DNA from: Octopus vulgaris
Taxonomy: Eukaryota
Assembly (NCBI GenBank): GCA_951406725.2
Contig: OX597814.1
Coordinates: 134,230,001-134,294,000 of the forward strand
Direction of reading: 5' to 3'
Length of the DNA: 64,000 nucleotides
Positions 1-12,910 of the stretch are shown one piece after another; the stretch's first letter is position 1, and every line of letters starts with the position of its first letter. The notes beneath the pieces are model-generated. The model was given only the letters and a program-made list of their open reading frames with translations, was not told where the DNA came from and ran no database searches. The position numbers were made by a program, and so were the translations under genes.

Positions 1-560
1 ACATTTTGTTTTCTTAGGATTAATGTTATTTTTCCTTTGATTAGAAGCTCCCATATGGTGCTCATGTCTATGCTCTACATACAGAACAGGATATCAAAGT
101 CCATCAGTCATCTTATCTTCCAGTGTTCCTTTTTTATTATCTTGACTTTATTCTACAAGAGTTACTGATTCCCATTTTCCTCCACAAATGATCAACTTTA
201 GCTGGGGGCGGTATTATCTCCCCACAAATTACGGCCTGATGATATTCTTCTGGTCTTACATTTAGGGAGCAAAACGTTTCGCCTTTCTATTTCCTACCAC
301 AGCTGCATGAGAGAGAATACACACAATTCTTGGTCAAGATTATATTTGAGAGCTGTGTCCCTAAAGTGTAGACCTGTTTTTAAATACTCTTCCGACATGC
401 TTCAAATTTAAGGCAGGCATATTTTAGTTGTTTCTTGACCATTGTCCTTGTTCCTTCTATCTCCGTTTTTCAAAGATAATGTTATGCTTGCAGGCAATGA
501 CAGCGCCAAACAGGGAGAAGTCAGGACAATACCTGGGCTCTCAAAAGTTTTGTCCAAAAT
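1..560 (-). mobile_element. Highly degenerate non-LTR retrotransposon reverse transcriptase fragment (RTE/CR1-like)
   Basis: Minus-strand translation across frameshifts gives 'ITLSLKNGDRRNKDN..ICLP' (cf. IxLIFKKGDxxxxxNYRPIxLL) and 'SIDMSTIWELLIKG' (cf. AFDSVDHxAIWxAL); many stops. Confidence 0.4.
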
Positions 561-1054
561 GGTAAACTTTCTTTTTAATATAACCTGAACAAAGCCCATT
601 GTGAATGACGGCAAGATAAATACTATTATTCGATATTCAATTTTACTACTTAAGTTTATGTCTATATAATCAGAATCAACTGTACAAATACTCTTTCAAC
701 AGAAAGATAATATAATAATGTTGTTCCTTTAAAAACCCAATGATACGGAGCCGGTGCTACTGAACAACTTTCATCAGTGAAACAATTCAAGTATTTAAAA
801 GCAGTTTTTGTGACATGTATGTATGCATGCATGAACATATAGATCAATGCACATGTACAGCACATAAATCATGTATTCATATACATATGTCCGTATTTAC
901 ATATGTACTATAGATAGAGAGAGACAGAGTGAGAAAGAGAGAGACATGTACAAATATATATATTTATAAATATCAATACATACCTGTATACATGTGTATG
1001 TGTCATAATGTAAATGTAGCAAAATACATATGAATATATATATGATTACATACA

Positions 1055-1232
1055 GCGGTGAGCTCGCAGAGTTGTTAGCACTCCGAGCAAAATTCTTAAA
1101 GGCATTTCGTCCATGTTTCTGTTCTGAGTTCAAATTCTGCCAAATAAGTACCTATTGACCACTGGACTCGATGTAATCAACTTTCTCCCTCTCCACGAAA
1201 TTGCTGGTCTTGTGCCAAAATTTGAAACCAAT
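1055..1232 (+). mobile_element. tRNA-derived SINE family A, internally deleted
   Basis: Head GCGGTGAGCTCGCAGAGTTGTTAGCA...GAGTTCAAATTC (B-box-like) and tail TTGTGCCAAAATTTGAAACC shared with more than 10 other copies in the window. Confidence 0.8.
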
Positions 1233-1245
1233 ATATGTTATATTA

Positions 1246-2476
1246 CAAGTGTAGGATAAAAAAGTTCATGGGATTCCTATGAAGGAGTGATGCTAGAAAT
1301 GTGAAATCTTGCATGCATTAATTTCAACTTTTCTTATTAATAACTGCACAGTTTTGCCCAGGTAAACTGACATTTGACTATTCAAAGATGTTTTCGAAAG
1401 TAAAAAGTACCTGTAGAAAAAGGATTTATCTCCCAGTGACATCCATGCTGACATGCTTGATACATTAGGGAGATGACGCTACAGTTTTATCATCGGTGCA
1501 AAAGCGGACAGCTGAATTTAGGAGTGAAAGGGAGAGTCTTGAAGATGACCAAGGGCTGGACGTCCTGCAACTGCCGCCACTGAAGAAATAATTGATCGTG
1601 TTCATCACATCGTAATGGATGACAGGCGATTGACTATAAATTAAATAGCCAATGCTATCAGCATATCCCATGAGAGAGTTAGGAATATTTTGCACAATGA
1701 ACTTAACATTCTTCTCGGTGGGTGCCACATCTTCTGACACCTGATCAAAAGCGCATCAGGTTGGTCACATCACGGGAAAATCTTACATTGTTTAAGGCAG
1801 AGTCAGCTGTTTTTACTTTGAACGTTTCCTAATGCTGGCTGAGTGTTGGCTTCATCACTTTGAGCCAGAGACAAAGAAACAATCCATGCAGTGGAAACAC
1901 CCCTCATCACCTGCTGCAAAGAAGGTCAAGATAGTTTCATCTACAGGGAAGGTGGTGGTGTCAGTTTTGAAGGATGCAAAAGACATTGTATGTATTGACT
2001 AGCTTCAAAATGGTCACACTATCGATAAAGAGTACCTTGCCACCTTGCTGGGGCACTAACGAAAGTCTATGAAGACCAAAAGCCCAGGAAAACTGACGAT
2101 ATGACGTCTTGTTGCGTCAGGACAATGTTCCAGTGCAAAAGTCCTTGGTTTCAATGACTGCTGTGCTTGACTGTAGCTTTGAACTGGTTGATCATCGTCT
2201 CTCTTCTCCTGATTAGTCCCCATCTGACTATTATTTGTTCTCCAAACAACGCTTGGATGGAAACCAGTATTGCAGTGATGAAGATGTCATATCTGCTATT
2301 GATGCCTTCTTTGACCAGTAGGATAAAAGATTCTTCATCAATGGGATGAAAGCAGTGCAACACCGATGATAGAAGTATGTGGGCCGCAAGAGAGACTATG
2401 TTGAAAAATAAACCTCATTTGGTCACATTCCACGAGAGTATCTTTGTCAGCCTATGAATTTTCCAGCCGACCCTCA
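1246..2476 (+). mobile_element. Near full-length defective mariner transposon
   Basis: TA on both sides, degenerate TIRs (CAAGTGTAGGATAAAAAAGTTCATGG vs reverse complement TGAGGGTCGGCTGGAAAATTCATAGG). Broken transposase with WVPHLLT, ECWLHHFEPETKKQSMQW, QDNVP, SPD*SPSDYYLF and DYVEK* motifs. Confidence 0.9.
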
Positions 2477-4047
2477 TATTGTATAAATAAATGTCCATAC
2501 TCTTAGTGCAAACATTATCTGATACAGACATCCACCCTCCTTGGGTTGAGTGGACAGATATGTTTATAACAAAAGAAAATACCGTATTTTCAACCTTGTC
2601 TAACGGAGTCTCGCCCTTGGCTTCGTTCGCATTAATTGTAAATAAAACAAAGTCATTTCATAAATTGAATAGTTCTCACTTGTTCTAATGCGTTTTTTTT
2701 TTCCAATATCTGTGAAAAATTTCGTGAATACCAAGCTGCTTCTGGACTTGATGTTGACTCTCTTCCAGTGGTGCACACTTTTGATGTCGACGTCTAGTTA
2801 TGTAATACTCAATGCTATGATAGTGCCTTGGTTATGAAGGAGAAATCACAGATGTTGAAGTGGAACTGCGTGTTTTAGCTTGTTCTAAATGCAGTTTATG
2901 ACCACTGTGTAAGTTATTTCGATGAGCAGGCAGCTCAGCTGATTGAATTACTGAATACTCATCGTCTAAACGGCCAGAGCTCCATATCCTTTACTACTTA
3001 TTATGTATGTATATATGTCATGTCTGAGTGTATGTATGTACATATGTATGTTTATGTATCCATTTGCTTTTGAAACGTGGTACATATGCGTGCGAGAGTA
3101 TGTTCGCGCTCGTATGTGCGTCAGGTTTATTTCGCCACTAAATAGGTTTCAAATACAGACACTAAGGTTGATGCTTACGTATGTTCGCTATTTTTTACAA
3201 TTTCTCTCTCTCCTCTTTCTTCCCCTCTGTCTCTCTTTCTTTGTCTTCTTCTTTCTCTCCATCTCTCACTCCAATCTTAAACATTTACATACATATTTAC
3301 AAAGTCAAATTTCAGCAACGTTAAATCTCGTTCTTTCTCATATCTATCCACCCATTGATTCAGTTATTTGTTGCTTGTTAGTGAGGGGAGTGTTTACTTC
3401 CTAGTTCTACTTTTATGGTCTTAAACGGCCGTAAACAATAACGATCATGTCTAACCACCAATCTTAAAATCTGTATTTGACACCTGTCACAAAATTTCCT
3501 TATTTACAAACCCAATAGTTACATTTTACAAGTTAATATTCTTTCTTTTAATTTTTCTAAGTTTTCTTTCCTCTTTTTCCTTTAATGTCTCTTATTATGA
3601 TTGCTTCTTCTCTCTCCTATCTGCTTCTTGTTCTTGTGTATGTCTCTATTTTTCCCTTATTCATTCATATTGATCTAATAAAGACACTTTTGAGCGCTTT
3701 CCGTTTAATTTATTTCAATCTGCCAACTTGATTTTTTACAATCATTATTTTGTTAACCAATCGTAAAATACAGCGATCCTATTTACCAACGAAATACCGA
3801 CTTTTTTATTTGAAATTTGTTACATAATTTCCTGATTTAGCAAGCAAATAATACTAACTGCGCCTGTAATATTTGTATACTTCCAACATTCCTTCTTGTA
3901 AGAATATGCTTAATTCTCACTATTCTTTTGATAATATCAGCAATTTTATAAAGAAATAAGTTTAATAAATTGAATATATTGAATATTTTAACACATAAAT
4001 GTTCAAACTACTTTCTTTGACGATTCAAAAGTTTTTGAAGAGGCACT

Positions 4048-4440
4048 TATACATACATACATGCATGCATGCATACATACATACATACATACATACATAC
4101 ATACATACATACATACATACATACATACATACATACATACATGCATGCATACATACATACATACATGCATGCATACATACATACATACATGTATGCATGC
4201 ATGCAGGCTTACATACGTACATGAATAAAACATACAGACACACATACAGGCATATAGACATACAGACAAGCGTACAGACGTTCATGAATATATGCATGCT
4301 TATATACATACGTACATGCATACATGCATACAGACATAATACATACAGACACACATACAGTCATACAAGCATACAGACATACAGATGAACATGCATACAC
4401 ACATGCATACATACATGCATACATACACGAATACAAACAT
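4048..4440. repeat. (ACAT)n microsatellite with degenerate flanks
   Basis: Visible tetranucleotide run; source of the HTYI/MYVC ORFs. Confidence 0.95.
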
Positions 4441-4499
4441 CATCACCGCTAATGCATCTGTGATTTATTTTAGAAAATGTAAATACCCTTCTCATTTCG

Positions 4500-5800
4500 C
4501 TTGATATTTGTAATTAAACCGGGATGTTGTCCGATGCTACGAAGAAGTCTACGATCAGCTAGATGAAGCGGTTAAAAATATACTGGGACGATTCTCATCC
4601 CAACTTAAACCATTTACCAACAAAGTAGCTGCAGCAACAGGTATCATTCTTCGCCCGGAAAATGTGTGTCCCAGATAGCAATAGATATTCTGAGTCTTGT
4701 GATACTTTCACCTTTCCAACAATATTCAAAACCGGTTTAAAATTGCTATAGAGACTGACAAGAATGTAAGCAAACTGGCACCGCCAGCCCCACCATCACA
4801 CGACTCTGTAAGATCGGTATCTGTCTTTCCTAATTCGACAGAGATTATAGCATTAATAGAAAACGCACAGCTGAAAAACATTTTACAACACAGTTTGAAA
4901 ATAATTTCATCAGCTTCTGTAACCTGTCATTAAGTAACATACCATTTTTGACAAGAGTGAGAAAACTAACCCCTTCACGTGATAAATATTATTGAATATT
5001 ATAATAATATCTAATAATATGGATAAATATTATTAAATATTATTATTTCGCTAGAGAACGCATAAAAAGTATGGAAGCTTGCGTTGAAATATTAATACCT
5101 GCTTTATTCTATTCCTGTTTCTCTAACGGAATACATGGGAGATATTTGCAAAGCAAATGGCACTGAAACAATGCATCATAAGCAACCTAAATAGGAAACG
5201 ATGCGAGAAGAAAGTACAAAGAATTTAAGGCACAGAAACAGCAGATAAATGCCATTACAACATGTAAAAGGACTATGACTCTACAAATGAATTTTTTGGA
5301 GGAGGTGAGGAAGAAATGCTCAAACTCTTCAGATTAATGATGAAATATGAATCTTACATATATGTCTACATCTAGCATACGGGTTTCTAGTTTGGAGCAG
5401 TTTGTATGTTATATTATGGTAAAGAAAAATAATTATGAATGAATGTTGCTCTATATGACGTGATCCGACTTGATACACGAGTAGAAGGATCGTTTTCATT
5501 ATATAAAGACTCTCTTTTTAAATACATAATACGCGCTAATTATCAAACAGGAGTATTTCGCAACTTTCTTCAAATTGAATGGAACTAATGTTGGAGTAAG
5601 TTGACGGTCCCTGAGATCTTTATCTTGACTATTACAGTCGTCCACCAGCTTCAGGTGACATTTTAGAACCCACCAATTGCAAAGAAGGCAATTTCAGAAA
5701 TGAACCAACGTTGGAAATTCAAGCATCTTATAATGAAAATGAAATTCCCTAAACAGAACTGTATAAATGCTGCCAAGAACTTCATGGATGGAACTGCTGT
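4500..5800 (+). mobile_element. Degenerate Academ-like (AcademX) DNA transposon coding remnant: XPG/H3TH-like region plus Cys-rich C-terminus
   Basis: Frameshifted peptides YDSTNEFFGGGEEEMLKL (cf. GCDxTSxFxGxGK), SLEQFVC, KDSLFKYIIRANYQTGVFR (cf. LxxHxxRANYQxxIW), RPPASGDILEPTNCK and NEIP*TELYKC in the expected order at about 5270-5775. The upstream 4500-4930 match is weaker. Confidence 0.6.
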
Positions 5801-6092
5801 ATGTGATGATAAGAAAACAGATTATAATTATAATGTATTTTTAAAGATCTTTTCTATTATCATTTGAAAGTACTAGAATAAATGAAAGTACTAGCTTAAA
5901 CTAACAACTGGAAAGTAATAATTTTGAATTGTTTATTGTCCATAGTCATTGCCCATGAAATGAACAAAGCTTTCATTCTAAATATATTATTTCATACTTT
6001 TCATTGGGCAATAACTAAAGTTACTAAAATTGTTGTCAAAATCTGGAACTCATTTTTTTTAGTTCGTGTATTTCTAAGACTTCTAAATAAAT

Positions 6093-6365
6093 ATTGATTT
6101 CAAATTTTGGCACAAGTCCAGCAATTTCTGGAGCGGAGTTAAGTTGATTATATTGACCTCAGTATTCAACTGGTACTTATTTTATTGACCCCGAAACCCG
6201 AAAAGATTAACGGCAAAGTCAATCCCGGCGGTATTTGAACTCAGAACGTAAAGACGTGCAAAATTCCACTCAGCCTTTTGTCCAACGTGCTAACGATTCG
6301 GCCAGTTCGCCGCCTTAAAGCATTCTGTCCGGCGTGCTAGCGGTTCTGCCAGCTTGCCACCTTGA
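6093..6365 (-). mobile_element. SINE family A (head partly duplicated)
   Basis: Reverse complement of the family A consensus; two head ends (GCCAGTTCGCCGCCTT and GCCAGCTTGCCACCTT). Confidence 0.85.
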
Positions 6366-6749
6366 CTTGCGAATTATATTAAAACTTTGTAATGCAGCTC
6401 ATAAAAGCTTAGAAAACATTTTTTTTTCTTTTAAGATTGGTTCCAACATTCCTTTATGTGAGATTTCATTAATTCTATACTTAATGCTGGCTATCGAATG
6501 AACTCAGAAACCTTGAGAAGATAAAAATTATCTCTTTACTGTATCGAAATAAATTAAACTTGCAAAAAAAAACTGGTAACATCGCTTAACCGTACACTTG
6601 ATGTCCGGCCTTTTAACGTTGGCTTTCATCAGCTGTCCATTAAAAGATCAAAAATGCATCCAGTGTTCTGCACCAGAAGCTTAGTCAACAATCCTACACA
6701 GACAAATTGGCATAAATGGCTCAATTGATCAGGAAAAATCAGAATTATA

Positions 6750-6839
6750 TACATATACACACATACACAACGTACGCACACATACATGCATACACACACA
6801 TACACACATACGCACACACATACATACATACATATATAA

Positions 6840-6872
<33 letters not shown>

Positions 6873-6973
6873 CGGAAAAGGAGTACTCAATACCATCATG
6901 AAGATTAGTAATACATTTTATATTGCCGGAAGCCCCTGTGAATACACGCGCGCACGCAAACACACACACATAC

Positions 6974-7069
<96 letters not shown>
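6750..7069. repeat. Compound (CA)n/(TG)n/(TA)n/(GA)n microsatellites
   Basis: Directly visible. Confidence 0.95.
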
Positions 7070-7071
<2 letters not shown>

Positions 7072-7109
7072 TATAGTTAATATTCTGTTGGTAATATTTT
7101 CTTTAACTT

Positions 7110-7295
7110 AGGGCAAAATGCTTAGCGTCATTTCGGCCGCCCTTACGTTCAAAGTTCAAATTCTACCGGAGTCGATTTTTCCTTTTATCCTTTCGGTGTC
7201 GATAAAATAAGTAGCAGTTGAACAGTGGTGTCGATTTAATCGATTCAGCCCTTCCCCAAAACCTGCTGACCTTGCGCCAAAAATTTTAAACCAAC
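7110..7295 (+). mobile_element. SINE family A, 5'-truncated
   Basis: GGGCAAAATGCTTAGCG...GTTCAAATTC...TCCTTTCGGTGTCGATAAAATAAGTA...CTTGCGCCAAAA. Confidence 0.8.
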
Positions 7296-7614
7296 ATTTT
7301 CCTTAACCACGCGTTGAAAACAATAGTGATCATTTGCTGTATTTAGTCGTTTTGAAATTTTTAATCAAGGGTACATTTTTTACCAGTCTGTGTTAGTTTT
7401 TAAATTGTTTCCATGATTGTTTCCGAAAATCTGAAATTAACAAGATAAATGAAATATGCTCTGAGGCCGAAGATGTTCAAAGTCAATAGAAATTACATCC
7501 ACCTCGCCAGTCCAGGAATGTCTTCACTTGTAAAGAAAGCTATTTGTTCGTCTTACTGAACCATTAGAATTAAAAGATGTAATTTCAAAACAAGGCTAAA
7601 TACATGCTCTTATA

Positions 7615-7685
7615 TACTCTTTTACTCTTTTAATTGTTTCAGTCACTTGACTGCGGCCATGCTGGAGCACCGCCTTTTAGTCGGT
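7615..7685 (-). mobile_element. SINE family B 3' fragment
   Basis: TTTACTCTTTTA..GTTTCAGTCA..TGCGGCCATGCTGGAGCACCGCC matches the family B tail. Confidence 0.7.
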
Positions 7686-7727
7686 GCTCCATGGAATAAA
7701 TTTAGATGCTTCACATTGTGTTGCATA

Positions 7728-8531
7728 ATATTGGTTTCAAATTTTGACACAAGGCCAGTATTTCGAGGGATAAGTTAAGTCGATCACATTGACTCCAGTG
7801 GTCAACTAGTACTTATTTCATCGACCCTGAATGGATGAGAAACAAAGTCGACATCGGCGGAATTTGAACTTATAACGTAAAGACGGGCGAAATGCTGCTA
7901 AGCATTATGCTTGGTGTGCTAACGATTCTTATTTCTTTACTACCCACAAGGGGCTAAACATAGAGGGGACAAACAAGAACAGACAAACGGATTAAGTTGA
8001 TTACATCGACCCCAGTGCGTAACTGGTATTTAATTTATCAATCCCGAAAGGATGAAAGGCAAAGTCGACCTCGGCGGAATTTGAACTCAGAACGTAACGG
8101 CAGACGAAATACCTATTTCTTTACTACCCACAAGGGGCAAAACACAGAGAGGACAAACAAGGACAGACAAACGGATTAAGTCGATTACATCGACCCCAGT
8201 GTTCAACTGGTACTTATTTAATCGACCCCGAAAGGTTGAAAGGCAAAGTCGACCTCGGCAGAATTTGAACTCAGAACGTAGCGGCAGACGAAATACCTAT
8301 TTCTTTACTACCCACAAGGGGAAAAACACAGAGAGGACAAACAAGGACAGACAAACGGTTTAAGTCGATTATATCGAGCCCAGTGCGTAACTGGTACTTA
8401 TTTAATCGACCCCGAAAGGATGAAAGGCAAAGTCGACCTCGGCGGAATTTGAACGCAGAACGTAACGGCAGACGAAATACGGCTACGCATTTCGCCCGCG
8501 TGCTAACGTTTTTGCCAGCTCGCCGCCTTAA
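7728..8531 (-). mobile_element. Tandem array of four family A SINE units: three ~184-bp units with a Tx1-like tail plus one with the ordinary tail
   Basis: Tail TATTTCTTTACTACCCACAAGGGG starts at about 7930, 8114 and 8298; only one complete head at about 8481-8531. Confidence 0.9.
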
Positions 8532-9314
8532 TGTGTTGCGTAATATTAATGCATCATATTTGACGCACATGGTTGGCATGATTCTCATCGCATTCGATTA
8601 TCAATAAGTTGAGTACCAGTGATATGCTACGATTTCAGCTGTATACCGACACCATTTTAAATAAATTGCAATATTCTATTTCATCTTCACTTGCTTCTGT
8701 ATTTAAAATTTCTTGCCTTTAAGTCAACTTTATTTTGCATTTTACGCAAGAACGATTGGATAGATACCAGAAATATATAGTAATGAAATTGACTATATCC
8801 TTACCGAGAAAAATGTTGACTTCGTGCCTAGTCAAAATAAGTTAATAATTGTACAAGAAACATTCTTTCTACTGTCATTAGGTAAGTATAACTAAAAGGC
8901 ATTTTGCCAGAACACAAAATCTGAAAAAGATTTTGATTTTTTTTATGAATGTTTAGATTCACTGGTATCAGTTCAAAATGTTCATGTTATTGTATCTATT
9001 ATTTTATCAAGCACAATTTCCATCTCCTGATTGTGTATCTAACATCAAAATCAATACATAGTCACTAACGAGCATATCTGTGGTCTCAGTTCTCGTGGAC
9101 TTAGTCCTATTATAGGATAGGAAATACCAACTTTTGAGTTGGTTGTACAGTATCATCACATTGTGTTTGACTTTGCTTTTCGTTTTCCAAAGTCGACTAA
9201 ATTACTACTAGAAAAGGTCTGAAATAAATTATATTCGATGGCCTAGTACCGAAGTTACACTATATCTGTCTATTTATCTATCTTTCTTTCTATCTATCTA
9301 TCTCTCTTTTTTTC

Positions 9315-9572
9315 TTTTTTACTCTTTTACTTGTTTCGGTCATTTGACTGTAGCCACGTTGGAGCACCGCCTTTAGTCGAGCACATCGACCCCAGGACTT
9401 AGTCTTTGTAAGCCTAGTATTTATTCTATTGTTCTCTTTTTGCCGAACCGCTAAGTTACGGGGACGTAAACACACCAGGATCGGTTGTCAAGCGACGTTG
9501 GGGGGACAAACACAGACACACAAACATACACACACACACATACATACATACATACATACATACATACATACA

Positions 9573-9606
<34 letters not shown>

Positions 9607-9826
9607 CATACATACATACATACATACATACATACATACATACATACATACATACATACATACATACATACATACATACATACATACGACGAGCTTCTTT
9701 CAGTTTCCGTCTACCAAATCCACTCACAAGGCTTTGGTTGGCCCGAATCTATAGTAGTAGACACTTGCCACGCAGTGGGACTAAACCCGTAAGCAAGCTG
9801 ATTACCACACAGCCACTCCTACGCCT
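9315..9826 (-). mobile_element. tRNA-derived SINE family B with internal (TACA)n
   Basis: Head (rc) GGCGTAGGAGTGGCTGTGTGGTAA, body CCAAAGCCTTGTGAGTGGATTTGGTAGACGG, tail GACCGAAACAAGTAAAAGAG; microsatellite at 9530-9686. Confidence 0.9.
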
Positions 9827-9828
9827 AT

Positions 9829-9897
<69 letters not shown>

Positions 9898-10441
9898 ATA
9901 TATTTAATATCTATCGATCCATATATATTTTTTATAACTGATTCACCCACACATTAAGAAAGTTTCGAGGGTATAGGACATTTCTATTTCATCAGCTATA
10001 AGGAAAAGTGTAAAGGGGACTTAAAAGAAATTTAAAATAGCATCTACGTATTAAGACTTCCATTATTCAGCTTTGATCACGTGTGTTGTTGTTATAATTG
10101 CTGTTTTGTTTTGTTTTTATTGGGTTTTTTTCTTTTGTTATAGTGACTTTAGATATTTTATTGTTAGTTTATGGTGGTGCAGACAGGATGATTGCAATAC
10201 TTTGTTTGCAATCTGTATGCTATATGCAGTGACACCAATTTTCACAGTGGGAGCAGCTCGTGGTATGGTAGATAAGACGTTGGCGTCACTCAGTAAATTA
10301 GTCATTATTGCGTAGGGTACGGAACTTAGCGACAGTAGTTATGAACTGGAGGTAACCGATTTGATAGTGTCAGGTTATAAATTAGTTCGTGTGACAGGCA
10401 TGAGTGGGTTGCAATTTCTATGGGCAATATGTATTGGAGTT

Positions 10442-10740
10442 GAGGCGCAATGGCCCAGTGGTTAGGGCAGTGGACTCGCGATCGGAGGATCGCGGTTTCG
10501 AATCCTAGACCGGGCGTTGTCTGTATTTATTGAGCGAAAACACCTAAAAGCTCCACGAGGTTCCGGCGTGGGGAGCGACCCCTGTTGTACTCTTTCGCCA
10601 CAACTTTCTCTCACTCTCTCTTCCTGTTTCTTGAGTAACGCTGCGATGGACTGGCGTCCCGTCCAGCTGGGGGGAACACATACGCCACAAAAAACGGGAA
10701 ACCGGGCCCATGAGCCTGGCTAGGCTTGAAAAGGGTGAAA
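10442..10740 (+). mobile_element. tRNA(Arg)-derived SINE family C
   Basis: A box TGGCCCAGTGG, anticodon-like CTCGCG, B box GTTTCGAATCC, then non-tRNA body with CTGCGATGGACTGGCGTCCCGTCCAG and an A-rich end. Confidence 0.75.
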
Positions 10741-12496
10741 AGAAAGAAAGTATGTATTGAATACTCTGACGTTGTGTGAGCTATCTAGGGCCCACATATC
10801 TAGGGTCTAGGGTGGAATATCAGCGGCCAAAAGCTTGAAATTCATTGAGAAGGCGTATTTCTGGTAGCAACAGTAAGATAAACCATATTTTCTTATTGAC
10901 GAATACTGCAGGCTGATGGAGTGAATGTAATTTCTCACGGAGGCAGAGTTGGCAATTACGAGGTCCAGTTGAATGAGGAGGGGCCCGGTTTAGGATGTTG
11001 GAGAAGTTTATTTCACGTAACGTTACGGTTAGGTGTTCATGCCTAGCTAATATCGCTTACAAAATCGCATGCTACAACAGAAACAAATACGCGTCAACAC
11101 GGTCTCCACCCTACACTCCACTCTGTAACTTCAGAGATCCTACTAAGTTCCCATTGAGAGGATCTTTATTCACAAAGGCTGTAGTCTATAGAATCACTCT
11201 CATCATCCAATAGCATTACAAGACAATCTTGGGGAAAACTGGACCTACATTTTCCACTTCATCTGGACACTCCGAGACTACCCAGTCTACACCACGTGAG
11301 CCCAGCAATAAAATAACTGACGGCAACAAAGAATCTGAAAATAAAAATGTCTCTATACCTGAAAATATCTTGAACGGTCATCAGATTTAATAATATTTCG
11401 TTTGTTAGGACTTACAATTTTGGTTTATTGCGCCAAAACCTACTTATCATCAATAAAAATATTTGATTTGAAATGTCTGTTTGAACCTTTTCTGTTCTAT
11501 AAACTTAGCGTATTAACGGACTGGGACAGAGAGAAGTATACAGCACCATTCAGAACAAAACTAGGCAGAAGAATCTTCTCTCTCTCTCTCTCTACTTCCA
11601 TAAGCCAGCTCCGTTGCAACCGATGCCTGTTACGTTGGAACAGGGTCTCTTAGGGAAATTTTACAGAGCAAGAAAGCTTTTGTGAAAATTCTGGATGGAG
11701 ACACTGGCCTTGGTCCTCTCAAAATTCAAAAAGAACTTGAGCTTTTTTATCTGTTCTTCTTTTATGTGAGATGACCGACAGACATTCATGGAACCTTCCT
11801 TGGCTCTCTATATCCGAACTAATGTATTGGCTGAACCCCCATCACACACACACACACACACGAACACACGCACATTTTCAAACACATACACTCTTATAAA
11901 CCATACATAGGAATACTAGAATTATTGAGGTACTATTTAATATGCAGTAACTTTACATCTTAAGTGTGTTCTTATACAGTATTAATTCAGTATCAGTCTT
12001 GGAAACTCCATCTTCTTGATATATGTGCGCTACAGTTTGGCTTCTGCGGAAACGTAGCTTTACAAGAATTTATGTAGGCGAATAAATGAATGTTTAGAAA
12101 AAACTTTTTCGTTTCTCCTTTAGTTTTTCTTGATTCAGTAACAACAGCAACCTTTCTACGAGCATATCATCGTTTGCACCACATGCTTTTAGTTGAAATC
12201 TTCTACAGTACAAATGCATAATTTTCCTTATAGCTGTTTGATGTCGACAGCGACAAACGTGCAAATGAACAGTATCTGTAATATATTGTCCTACATTTGA
12301 AATATTCTAAGTCTCTTCATTAGTTGCCTACTTTATGGAATATATCAGAAGCAACACTATCATATCTTAGAGCACAACAAAGCACATACATCTAGTTATT
12401 TACCAGCATTTCATTCTTTTTTGTTCTCTCATTCTCTCTGCTGCTCTGTCTCTCTTCTTCATTATCAATCTTTCATGCATGTATACAGATATACAG

Positions 12497-12910
<414 letters not shown>

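Noticed and set aside
3999-4436. Many 60-170 aa ORFs rich in HTYI, MYVC, CVCV, YIYI, LSIY, ERER or poly-N/L/I here and throughout the window
   Set aside because: They are translations of microsatellites that lack stop codons; no domain content.
7929-8480. Regularly spaced repeats resembling a CRISPR array or satellite
   Set aside because: Units are wholly repeated ~184-bp SINE segments with no unique spacers, no cas genes, and a eukaryotic context.
10442-10515. tRNA-Arg-like sequence
   Set aside because: No proper acceptor stem, and it continues into a SINE body; it is a SINE head, not a tRNA gene.
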